Shown here: positions 11,712 to 24,000 of the stretch, one piece after another | Numbering within the stretch: the stretch's first letter is position 1 | Layout of the letters: each line of letters begins with the position of its first letter | NCBI GenBank assembly: GCA_043228905.1 | Contig: JBHGNT010000021.1 | Span: forward strand, 7,502,001 to 7,566,000 | Direction of reading: 5' to 3' | Length of the DNA stretch: 64,000 nt | Source of the DNA: Azolla caroliniana | Lineage: Eukaryota; Plantae; Polypodiophyta | Made by a program: the position numbers and the translations under genes | The notes under the pieces: generated by a model | What the model was told of the DNA's origin: nothing | Seen by the model: the letters and a program-made list of their open reading frames with translations, nothing else | The model's database searches: none

Positions 11712-13012
11712 CCTCCCTTTATTACACTCTCGATTAACCCTCACACTTTATCCTCGTGTGTAGAATTCTACGATATAACTTACCATGGGATAAATAATGG
11801 TCATGCCCGTAATATTAGGGCTTTCTAGAATCAAAGTATAGATAAAGTTGGGGGTTGCATGTAGTCAAGGGTTTGTTAGAGGCAAGGGTTGTTTGTAGTG
11901 TTGGGTTGGTTGTTTGGAGTCATGGGTTGGTTAGAGTTGAAGGCAAGTAAACTTGTACGCTAGAAAATTTAGGAGGTGTGAGTGGGTCAATGGTGTGGTT
12001 GTTGGGTGGTGGCATTTTAGCAGTTTCAAATGGTTTGTGAGTAGAAGTTGTTGCAACAATGAGCAAGTGACACAAGATGAAGCAACAGTAACAAGTGCAA
12101 TGACAAGTGATGCAGAGAAGGGGCAATGGTGGGGAGAGCAAGAGCAATGGTAGTAGAGAAATGCAACAAATAGGTTTCCCTTTCATTGCTTTTAAGTTTT
12201 ATACTTGTGTTTATCTATGGGGGAGGTGCGTGCACGAGAGAGCGTTTAGGTGGGGTTCATATACTTGGGTGCCATCTTGATTTGGTTTTTTCGTCTCTTT
12301 TTCATGTGTATCATTTACATGGTTTATGGTGGTTCTTGGCTTGGTTTTGTCTATGTAGTTTGTGGGGCCTTCTTTCATGGGGCCATGACCTTTTGATAGG
12401 TGGTTGCTTAGTGATGGTCTCAGGACGCTTGTCTTAAGTGGTGTTGATCCACCTTTGTCTGGCCTCGGGACCGAGAATAGCTTTGCTCTTGAGACCCATA
12501 TTTGCATCACATGATTAGGGTCCATGTTGGGCTGGGTGGGCCACACACTCTTCATTGTCTTCTCATGTTAGGGTATACTATCACCATGTGTTTGTTCGAG
12601 TGATGACTTAAAAAGCTTGCAATGTGGCTGGTTACTTTCAACATAACAATTGTGGCTTTAATGGAAACGTCCTTGGCTTCAATGGACATCATGATGTGTC
12701 CATCAGGGTATGGGATTGGGTTGGGGCCATTGCGTCTTGTACGAAAGTATGCTAACAAATGTAGGAATATAAGTATGCTAACAAATATAAGGTTCTAAAT
12801 CATCTCCAGTTTTTTCCTTTCCTTCTAGATTTGTTTTGTTGTTTGGACTCTGGAGAATCCCGGGGATATTTTTGTAAATAAACAAAACAAGAAATATATT
12901 ATTTTCTCATATAAAAAAAAAAAAAAGTGTGCATATGATTTATTTGTGGATGTGATTTGCTCTTCTCTTTCCTGCAGAGTTAAATGCTCTGTTTCGATCG
13001 ATCGAGCCAGCT

Positions 13013-14601
13013 ATGGCGAGTGCTCTGCTTCCTCGGATTTCTACAGCCTTAAGAGATACAGGTTTGCGAAAAAAATTATCAATAATCTCTCAACCCGTCC
13101 TTCACCTCGAAATCTTCTTCTTGTTTCTTCTTCTTCTTCGAAGTTCTTCGTGAAAAACAGAGGCTTATTAGGGTTTTTTTTCCATTGATTCTCAGAATAC
13201 TGCTCTGTTTCTTCCTCTTCTTATTCCTCTTCTTTGGAGTTTCCCGGGGGAAGCAGCGGTGTATCAGAGAAGAGGAGTCTCTTCAAGTTTGATTCTCGAA
13301 GGGCTCTGGTTGCTGGAGCATCTTTGGGTAATGGCACAGGTGGTGGTGTATTGGATAGACCTACTATTGAAAAAACTACGCCGGGGCGTGAATCTGAGTT
13401 CGATCTCAGGTAAGTTCGAAAAGAAAAAGATTCTTTGCTTTTATCTGTTCACCTTATATTGCACATAAATCCCAGTCCAATACCAGGTTAAGTATTTATA
13501 TTGGTGTTTTGCTTTATCACTTGCCTTTTGTTTTTGCTGCTGAGCTTTTTTTTCCCATCTTTTTGTTCCATGCTTTTCTTATTTCTCTTCTAGAGCTTTG
13601 AGTAATTTTCCTTTTTTGTTACAGATGTTTGTGCTTTCACCTTTTGTGGGGTTTTGGCCTTAGTTTTATGTTAATGACATCCTTTTGGAATAGGAATCTA
13701 ATGGTTGTGTGTAGAGGGATTAGGTTGAATAGAGTATAGAGTTATTTGCATCATTTGAAGAGATTGCTTTGATTAAAAATTGGACTGTGGAGTTTATTTG
13801 CTTGCTCATTGATTCAATCACATCATTTTGGGATAGAATTCTAGTCATTTTAGTTTTATGTTGATAACATTCTTTTGGAATATAAATCTAATGGTTGTGT
13901 GTAGAGGGATCAGGTAAAATAGAGTATAGAGTAATTCACATCATTGGACTAGATTGCTTGGACTAGAAATTGGAGTGTGGAGTTTATTCCTTTCTCATAT
14001 ATTCAATCACATCATTTTGGGATAGAGTTCTAGTCATTGGAATGTTAGAGTGATTATGTCATTTAGGATCCAGAGTGATTTATGTCATTTGATGAGATTT
14101 CTTGTAATAGGAATCTAATGCTTGAAATGTTGAATAATTAGGTTCATGTTCTTTGGAATAGAAATGTCAAGATTGAAATATCTCCGAACATGAACCAACA
14201 TGCTAAGTTTCTACCAGTCACCACAATATTTCAAACGTTAAAAGTAGGAGCAGTAATCTATCAAAAATTTTATCCAAGAATCTATCTACCGGTATAAATC
14301 AATAACGCATTTTTCTTGTTTTCTTTTGTTTTGTGGCAGAAAATCTCGCAAAACCTCACCTCCTTACAAGGTCCTTCTGCACAATGACAATTTTAACAAA
14401 CGGGAATATGTGGTTCAAGTTCTGATGAAAGTAATACCGGGTATGACTGTGGACACTGCGGTGAACATAATGCAAGAGGCTCATTATAATGGGATGGCAG
14501 TGGTGATAGTATGCGGTCAAGCTGATGCCGAGGAGCATTGCATGCAACTAAGGGGAAATGGGTTGCTGAGCTCTATAGAACCAGCAAGTGGTGGCTGTTG
14601 A
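13013..14601 (+). CDS. CLPS1: Chloroplast ATP-dependent Clp protease adaptor ClpS1 (3 coding exons, ~174 aa)
   Basis: Exons 13013-13061, 13196-13409 and 14340-14601 have GT-AG introns in matching phases (525 nt). A Ser-rich transit-peptide-like N-terminus is followed by GGGVLDRPTIEKTTPGRESEFDLRKSRKTSPPYKVLLHNDNFNKREYVVQVLMKVIPGM...MQEAH...LRGNGLLSSIEPASGGC, the plant ClpS1 signature. Confidence 0.95.
13661..14038. repeat. 190-bp tandem duplication in ClpS1 intron 2
   Basis: ATGGTTGTGTGTAGAGGGAT occurs at 13701 and 13891, and the flanking sequence is also homologous. Confidence 0.9.
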
Positions 14602-16453
14602 AGTATCATCTCTTTCTTCATAGGAACTTGTTTGTTCCACATATTACCTTATAAAAAGTTACTGCTACAGATGAATTTTATTGATCCAATTAGTTGACAT
14701 AGCTTCAGAAAATGGTACCAGGGAAATCCTGCTTTTGATGGTTGTTATTTGATACAGTATCTATCAGATATGATGTGTTTTGTACAGATTCCAAGATAAC
14801 CAGAAGCATAAGAGAGTATTTTGTACCCAACTGGATAACCATTTTGCTAGACATGCTTAATCTGTATTATAATAAGATATTTAAGATAATGGTAAGATGT
14901 ATGCAAGATAATGGACTCTGGTCTATTACATATGCAACTTGTAGATGATTTATTCATAATATTGTATTTTAATCTGAAGTCTTCTATTTGGTTACCTGGC
15001 CAATACTTGCTTTGGACATTCCTTATGTTTGTACCTTGGAATGGTTTGGACATAGTTTTGTTCCTTGGAAATGTTGGAATTAATCCACACCTTTATTGTC
15101 ACTCCTAATTCTGATTTATTTGGTGATAATGTTTTGGTAGTAATAGATTTGTGTGTTATTTACCATGCATACATACATACATATGTTTGCATCCCATGCA
15201 TCCATATACATGTTGTTAGCTTTGCCCAAAAGTTTATTTGAAGAATGATAAACTCGGGCTATATTAACATTGAGAGAAAGATAAACTGGGGCATTTTATA
15301 CCAAAAGTTGGTCGCATCTATGTACCCAAGTCACAAATGTAAAAATAAAATTTGATTATTTGTTTGATAGTCATATCTTAAAGGTTTGTCACATCTATGT
15401 CACCCAAGTCCCAAATGTGCAATAAAATTTGATTACTTGGATGATAAAGTCATATTTTAAAATACACTTATGTATGTGAAAACAACAATGGCAAACGTAA
15501 GCTGATAGTTGGTAATCACCATGCATCAAGATGTTCATTACACATAACCATTTGAGCCATTCTAACAATGATATGTACACCTCTCTTCATTTGCAAACGT
15601 TTTAGGGTGATCATCTTTTCAATGTTTGCAATTTTGATAGCATCTACATATGCTACTCAAGTTGAAGTTGTTTTGGGTCCGGAATTATTAAAGTCTCAAC
15701 AATTGTTGCAAAGTCTCTCTTCAAGGCTGCAATCACGCCTGCCTACAAGTCTCTTACACTGACTCTAGGCGGCCCAAATTAAATCGGCAGTGGATTTTGG
15801 ACAAATAAACATAAGGACCACACTCGATCACAAAGTTGTCTGGGTGAGGAGTCATGGTGAAGAATTCTATATAAAAAATGATTATATTAAGAAAAAATAA
15901 CATTAATTGAATCCACATGAGTAAATCTTAGGATTCCCTTGGAAACAATTGAATTGATGAACCATTCTTTAAAGGAGCGAAAAATTAGTGTGCACATATA
16001 GTGGGCTCAACATAAAAATCCAATTCTATAACTTGAGCACAAGTTACAACATATACTCTTGTAATAAGAAAATTTACTAAAAATAAGCCCATGAATTCAT
16101 AAGCAACAAAACAATAGATTACACACTCAAGGACGACAAAAAATGCGTGTATAAAAAGGAATGATTACAAATCTCACCTTTTGCATGTAAAAACGTACCC
16201 TACCATAACGGTATCCTTTTACTCAAGAATACGTACTTCAACTAGCAATGAAAATCTATTAGGAGGGAGCGACGAGCGCATGCATAATGACCCTTGAAAA
16301 ATCAAAGTAAGGAAGTGTTTCTTATTCCCGTGACCCACCATAATATGTAAGTATATAAAACATATGATACCGAGATGATTTCATCCTCTTCGAAACCCAA
16401 ATTTTCTCAATTGTCTCTTAATTTAAAGTTATCTCTATTACATTACTAACACT

Positions 16454-16507
16454 GGAATGGGGGCTTGAACCCATGACCTCCTGGTCTCCATTGGGCAACT
16501 TTACCAC
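16454..16507 (-). mobile_element. tRNA-derived SINE head remnant
   Basis: The - strand reads GTGGTAAAG...GGAGGTCATGGGTTCAAGCCCC. It has a partial A box and a B box with tRNA-like 35-nt spacing from G18 to G53. No acceptor stem. Confidence 0.5.
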
Positions 16508-16602
16508 ACACACACACACACTCTCTCTCTCTCTCTCTCTCTCTGACTGACTGACTGACTGACTTGACTCTGTGTCTGTTCTGTTCTGTTCTGTTCTGTT
16601 CT
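16505..16602. repeat. Compound microsatellite (CA)n(CT)n(GACT)n(TCTGT)n
   Basis: Directly visible. It lies at the probable 5' end of the coiled-coil gene, whose leader exon donor is AAG|GTATG at 16725/16726. Confidence 0.95.
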
Positions 16603-18033
16603 GACTCTGGGAGACCCCTCCCCTGCTTCGTCTTCTTCTCCTTTTACCCCCACCCGCTTTCTCTTAGCTTCAAATTTTCCTCCCCATGAAAACAGAGACT
16701 CCACGCGCCTTCTCTTTCTTGCAAGGTATGGCTCTCCCCTCTAAGACAACCATTTCTCATGGATTTTACTTCCCCCCCCTCCCCCTCCCCCTCCCAAAAA
16801 AACAAGAAAAAAAGAAATTTATAATAAATAAAATAAAAACAAACACAGCAACAATTTCATGGGTTTTTTTTTTTTGGTTGCCATTTTAGGAGAAAGAATT
16901 TTTTTATTTTTTTATTTGTTGTAAAATGACAGAGAATTTCATGCTCTGTCTCTTGCATCTCCAAATTTGCTCTTTTGCTTTGTTTGTTTTAATGGAATGA
17001 CAATGTTGCAACTTGAATATGAAATGGCTACTTTTCTCCTTTTTTTTATGTATAGCGTGTGCCAAAACCCTTGCTATTTCATTAAGGCCATTGTTCTTCT
17101 GGTGATGTTCGGAATGTATCAGACATGGAAATGGAACATAGCTTTTCTTTGGTTGCATCTCTTCTGAAATATTTTGATGGCATCATTTTCTATAAGCTTG
17201 CTCAAACATTGAAAAACTTAAGCTATGTGAAACTTTGCCCTTCCCATTTCATTGTATGTTTCTTTGTGGCGTTGTTGAAGTTCTTTCTCCTGTAATGTCC
17301 AATGATTCTATGCTTTACAAATGCATATATTGCGAAATTGGGGAGACTAGACTCTAATCGGTTTTTGTGATGTACAAGGTCTTTTTTGCAGCATGTGCCT
17401 TAAATGTAGATTCTAAAACTAGTGAATCATGAATAGGAGCTATTAGTTTTTTTTTTCTGTAACGTCATTATTTAATCCTGATCTAAGGAATAATTTTCAA
17501 GTAAATCCGTTTGAACAAGCATGTGTTTATTTTTAACTTTTGAATTAGACTGAATGTACAGGGTTTATTTTCAGCTTATATATCCCAATAACCGTTGTAT
17601 AGTGTTGCATAGAGTGTTAGAGAATTCACATCTCCAGGATAAATTATTTCACTGATTTATTTTTTTACGTGTGTGCCAAAAGAATTGGGCGGTTATTGGA
17701 TCAAAGCAGTTCATGTTACTGTGTGTCTGAGTGGAGGAATTTCCACTTAACCACTCGAACAACTTGTGTGAACACAGATGTCCATAACCTGATGTGCCAT
17801 AACTTGGCTTGAACCAAGAATCATCTTGTGAAGTAATCATAGCATGTTTTTATTATTTACATTTTTTGGGGGCAAAAACAAATACAAATATTCTGTCGTG
17901 TTTTAAATTGCTACTTGAATGAACTTTCATCTTGTAACTAAAAGTAGCATTTTGCACTTCAGATTTGATAGTTTGTGTTGAATTTTGCAGATTTCTCAAA
18001 TGGGAAAGTGAACTCCGATGTGTTTAGCGTACA

Positions 18034-21000
18034 ATGGAGCCTCCAGAATTACAAGTTTCCAATATGAGCAAAGTAGACAACACACCAGTTGGCCTATTTG
18101 AGGTTGTGGTTCAAGGCAATGAATCTGAGAATCAGAAAGAGGCTGAGGATTGCAACAGCGAATGGTTATCAACTTCTCAAAGTGTTAGTCAAATGCTTGA
18201 GGATGAAGATAGTTTTGATGATGAAAATTATCTGGATGAGGAGGTGCATACACCCGAGAAAGAAATTATTCAGGGTGATATTCAAGATCTAAAAAGGATG
18301 GATTATTTTCAGACAGATAACGCATCGATGCATTTAAACTCTGAAGACAAGATACTTACCCATAACTTTGGAAAGTTCTCAGGTGATCAAGAGAAACATG
18401 AACTTTGTGGAGAAGCCATTATTAAGAATGTTACAGAAGGGATTCTAGATACTGAAGTTGTGCAGGAGAACATGCCAGAGTCAACCTTGGTTCAAATGTT
18501 GTGGAGGCAAATTGAAAGCCTTGCTCTAAGGGAGAGAGAGGTTGAACAGGCCTTGAGTAAGGAAAGGATAGCGAGTTTGGTTTCAAAAGTAGAAGAAGAA
18601 GTTGAATTTGAAGGCATTGTTGAAGACATGTGCTTAAGATTTAGAGCCGAAGGGGAATTCATGGACATGGAAAGGCGTGAGAGGGATTGGGAGAGGGAAA
18701 GAAGAGAAGTACGCCTTGAGGAAGAAGTTGAACTTCTACGAAGCAAGGTCGAGTCTTTACAAGAAGAAATCCGTGTAGCAAATGCAAATAAAGACAGTGA
18801 ATTATGTATGAAAGATCCTAAGGTGTGTGATTCTCTTCCTTATATGCAGTCACTCTCACAGTTGGAAACTAGCAGTGGTTTCCAGAAAAATGACACAATG
18901 TATCAAGGAATGCCTAATGTTGGTGGAGAAAATGTTCTTGAAGCTCTTAGAGAAATGCTTTCCTTAGCTGAGGAGAAAGCAGAACAAGATCGAAGGATAT
19001 TAGAGGATATTTTACGTGATGAACGACAATTATGGATTAGCTACAGACAACAGTTAGACAGTCAAAAACATTCTCTTGAAATGGAGCTGAAAAGCATGAA
19101 CACCATACTCAAAGAAAAAGAATCAGTATTAACCTCGGAGAGAGAAAGGAGGAGACAATATGGCATTGAAGTGGACAAAGTTCTTGCATTCTGGAGGGAA
19201 GAAAATGCAATTTATAATGCAGTCTGTCAAAGGTTAACAAAAATTGAAGACTTTTTGCCTGAATTTTTACAGAAACTGATGCCTTTGATGAGATTGTTGG
19301 AATCGAAAGACGACTTATCTGAAATGCTTGAGAAGTTGAGCAACATTGTAAATGAAAAACTTGATTTATCCAGCCCATCAAAAGGTTGGCAACAATTGGA
19401 ATGGGAACTGGTAGAAAGTTGGAAAGCTCAGCGAGATCAGTTGGAGGGTGAGAGAGATATCCTTAAAGAGCTTCTTGAAGAAGCCACAAGCGCCACAAAG
19501 GAGAATGAGAAAAAGATGGAAATCCTACAACAAGACAAGGAAAATAGCTTTATGCAGAAGCAAAGGACTTTCGATGCCCATATTCTCAATGGTGATCTAC
19601 CAGGAAACCAATCAAACCAAGCTAGTGTAAGTGATAGGGAGATGTTGGAAATCCATGCGTCTGCTTACAAAAATGCCTGGCTAGAAGAGAGACAAAAAGT
19701 GCTGGAGCTAATTGCTGAGAGAGAACAGTCTATTGAAGAGCACAGGCAGGAATGGGCAGCACTCCTGGACGAGAAAGATGAGGAGCTAATATTCTTGAGA
19801 TCAGTTCATCAGAAACTAGAAACCTCTCTTTCCAAAATCAAGAAACGACTTCTGAACCTTAAGAAAAAGCTAATTAGACACAATAGTGAGATTTTAGAAG
19901 AGCATGTATTGAAAGAGCAAAATGACAATTCAAATTCTAACTATAATGGAGGTTCCTGTAATGCTGGAAATGATCTAGGACTGAATACCTGTACTGATCT
20001 GGTAACTTTGAACGAGATAAGAGGGGAGGATGTTTATGGTCATGCTTGTTATGTTGATGTTGAACAGTTAGCAAAGGATATATCAAAAGAAATAGGAAGG
20101 TTTTCCAGGGAATTATGCAGGGAACAAGATAGTTTAGAAAGGGAAAGAACAGATATTCGGATTGGGACAGAGCAGTTGAAAGAAGAAAGGAGGGAATTGG
20201 AAAAGAAGGTGGCCGACACATTGATTATCATGGAAGAATTGAAAGAGAAGATCAGGGAAAAGGAAGGTCAGTTGGAGTGGGAACGAAAGCAGATGGATTC
20301 AATATTAGCTTCAAGAATAGATGAAGAAGAGAACCTGAAGCAGCAGCTCAAGTCGAGAGAACTGGAGATTAAGATGATTGTGCAGAAATTCAAGGATGAA
20401 ATTAGTGATATTCAAAACAAGGTGGAGAAAGAGAGGAAAGAGAAGGAAGAGACCATAGAGATCCATTCTGCATCAAGAAGGAAACTAATGGAAGAAACAA
20501 AAGAGAGAGAAATTAAGTGGGAAAGTGAAACGGAATCTTTGTTACAGCAGATGCAAGGGCTAAGGGTAGAGGTTGACAAAAAAAATAAACAGATTTTGAA
20601 GTTTGAAAATGAATTGAAAGAATTCCAACAATTGACTGCACATGATAAAGAAATGAAACAAGAAGAGCTTCCATATGGAGACAGCCTCCATACTGAATGC
20701 ACTCAAGAAGATAAACAAGCTGCAGAATGTTGCATGGATGACCTTAACTCAAAGAGCATGGCAAATGCAGTTCTCAAGAATTTTGTTAGATCTGATGCTG
20801 AGTGGCAGGACGTCATTGGAAAGATTGCTGGATTTGACGAACAAATTGCAGAAGCAATGCTTGCCATCCAGAGTCTCAGAGACGAGCTGGATGTGAAAGA
20901 GAAGGAACTTCAGAGGGCGAGGTTAGAGCGAGATGCAGATAAGGAGACAATATGGATACAAGAGCAAAGCCAGTCATTAGAAATGTACAGAGACAGGGCC

Positions 21001-24000
21001 ATTGATGTGCCACATGAATTAGATTATGGGCACCAAGAACATATATATTTGGGGGACAATGAAGATTTAATTAAACTGCTTGAAGCAGAAAGAGCTGACA
21101 CTGCTGATGCAGTTTCCATACTTCAGGGAGCTGTACGTGAACTGCAATGGGCATTATATGATTACAAAAGCAAAGATGGCGAAGCTTCTACCGTAGACAT
21201 GGATAAAGAACCCCACAATTTCCCAACCAATGGGGACATTGTAAAAGTCCATGCATCACACTTGGAAGATCTGGATAAATTTATTATTGAATTAAAGTTG
21301 AAGGCTGAGGAAGCTGAAAAGAGGGCAAGAAATGCAGAAATAGCCCTGGCTGTCAATGCAGTGAAAGAAGCTACTAAATGCACAGAGCCTACTTCAGCTT
21401 TGGTTAAGTTTGGGAAAGATTGGATTGACAATGAAGTATTGGGGAGAGATGTTGTGAGAGGGGATGTTGGATCACAACGGTTTTCAAGTTCTCTTAGGAA
21501 GGTATCAGAAATTGAAAGGAAAGACACTGATATAACTAGTACAACTCTTAGAACTTTGCAGCAGGAGCAAAGGTGGTCTGGAGGATCACCAGAACATTTC
21601 CAACTTTGGGATATGAATGCAGGAGGCAGGTAGTGGAACTTGATTTTTTATCAGATTTAGTATTTAACATTCATTTCGTATTAATTTTTTATGTAAGACC
21701 AAAATGACCTATTACACCAAAGCATTTTATACAAATGTTTTACAATTGATGTGTCTCTTCATACCAAGATCATAAAACCTTGTAGGCTTTTGAATGTTAA
21801 GTGCTTGTATCTGTCTCCTCATAGGACTTTCTAACTTTCATGTGGTTTAAGTTTCGGTGTAGGAACAGATGTTACATCAAACGGGAGTTCAAGTGCCTGG
21901 ATGATGGTAAGGGGCTGCACAGAGGACACTTTTGCCATACAGGATGCTTTGCAACAAGGTCCTTTGACTCTTGCTGTTTCTAATCCTCCCAGAAGTCAAA
22001 GACGATGGCTTGTCGATGGACTGTGGTTAGAGAATGTCCGGAAGGTATTTTTCTGAGCACTAATTAATTCTGAACCTAATATCTCTTTGCCATGGCTTCA
22101 ACATGATCGAAAACTGAGGTGATGATTTTGATTGGCTAAAAACAAAAGTTCAATGAAGATCATGAGTCTTCTCCATTCTGTGTGTTTCTTACTGCGATTA
22201 TTCAAATTATAAATAATCACTATAGCAAACATGTAATCTTGTTTACATTTTATTTTGTAAAAAAGCAACAATGAAGCATCCAAACTATCTTTGCTACTGT
22301 TATTATTTAAATGTCAAAGATCATTGGAAAGTTTTGATTTTGCAATCTTATTGGTGATTCTTTAGCAGGGTGTAAAATTCTCTTTTGACTGATTAGATTT
22401 ATATATTCTCTTCAATGCATTGACGCTTATAGTTCTCCTTGAATTTGTGCCAAGGAACAAACATTGATGCGGCAGCAATTAGAGCTTGAAAGACAACGAG
22501 TTTCTGAACTCAAGCAGGTACATATATATATTCACTTATGAATTGACATAAATGTTGATATCTTTGTTTGCTTATCGTTTTTATCCATCAGAAGATGAGA
22601 CCAGGGATAAAGACAGTTGTGGGTTGGGGTGTGGCTGTCAGGATGGGGATGTGCTTTGGTCAGGAAATCGGAATGGGGGTTTGAAACGGGATCTAAAAAA
22701 TACCAGAAAACATAAAACAATGTCAGAAATCAGAGAAATGGCCACAAAACGTAAAGTAAAAAACCAGAAAAAAAGAGATACCCTGTTCCTCACACAAGGA
22801 AATCCCCATTATTGTTAATTTTACCCAGAGAGCGAATTGCTTAATCAGCTAACTTGGGAAGTGGAATTGAAAGATTGTGTACTCCAGTTTAAAATTTGCA
22901 TCAGGACATCTTATTGATATGACTCATTGTGGTGTTTGTTCTTCTTTCAGAATCAGGCTACAAGGCATTCCTGCGTGACTCCTTGTACACTTGATACCAT
23001 CCCTGTTTTTGGCAAAGAAAAGGCAGTTTTTTAGACCATGAGGTTTGCTAGTTGAACAATCTCAGGATGAATGAAGGATGTATATCAATATGTAGATTGT
23101 AAAGCCGAGGTTAACTGTTCGTTATAGTTTGTTGGAATCTAATTTAGTATAACATGGCCATATATTATGGATTAACCTTGTATAGGATGTTAGAGGCGAA
23201 ATCATTGCAGACCATTCCCACTTGCATGAAATAGTGAATCTAGTTGCATCCAGGTTTCTCGTGAAGGTGAGCTCATGGATGTCCAAGGAAGAAATGATAA
23301 TTCAATTAGCATGCTGAAATGTCATATTAAATCACCAAGAAGGTTTAATATGACATGAATTATGCTTGCACTCAGGCATGGCAATCAAAATTAAATCATG
23401 AATTGTAATCGTAATCATATTTCGAGTGTGACGACAGAGTGCTATGGTTTGCTAGTATAAGCTAAATCACTACCAACAGAGTGGAAAAATCATGACTGAA
23501 AGGACGTTTAATATGTAATACAAGAAGTTTTATTATTTGTATTTTAACGTGCCTGATATAAAAGAGCCTTTTATTAAAATTTTCTGGTGCTTAGTTACAA
23601 ATATATGATCGGAGTATGTTGGTATTCATTTTTCATTCTAGTAGAAAAATTAGCTCACGTCATCATGTTCTCATAGGTTGAAGTTGAAAATCAGTGGATG
23701 GAAGCAACAATAATGCGAGCATTGGAGCAAAAGAAAGACAGTGACACCAGAGTCCTGGAACTGGAAAGGAAGGTAATCGTTTTGATTTTAATAATTCAGG
23801 AGCCTGTCAGTATAAACCTGATTATAACGTCGGTTTGCATGTTTCAATGTCCACTATCAGGTTGTCTTTTTAGAAAATATGATCACCCAAAAAGGTAGCC
23901 ATGAAGTGCAAACTTTTCCCAATAATTTCACGTGAAAAGGACTTTCGGATGGTGAGCCATCTAATTTTCCATCAATTAATGAATTAACTAACTTGAACAA

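Noticed and set aside
7875-11716. Non-canonical TA...TA termini of B1
   Set aside because: The inner LTR ends and copy B2 have normal TG...CA, so both outer ends are best explained by post-insertion C-to-T changes.
11717-12800. Additional gene or defined TE upstream of ClpS1
   Set aside because: It looks like decayed repeat sequence continuous with 7728-7879, but no termini or protein motif could be supported.
14326-14601. Bacterial clpS (contamination or horizontal transfer)
   Set aside because: The gene has spliceosomal introns, a transit-peptide-like N-terminus and the plant ClpS1 motif TTPGRESEFDL.
16454-16507. Functional tRNA gene
   Set aside because: Only a partial A box and a B box are present; there is no acceptor stem or full cloverleaf.
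18034-21633. Assignment to NMCP/CRWN, myosin, SMC or kinesin
   Set aside because: No motor, Walker or NMCP terminal motifs are visible, and coiled-coil composition alone is not diagnostic.
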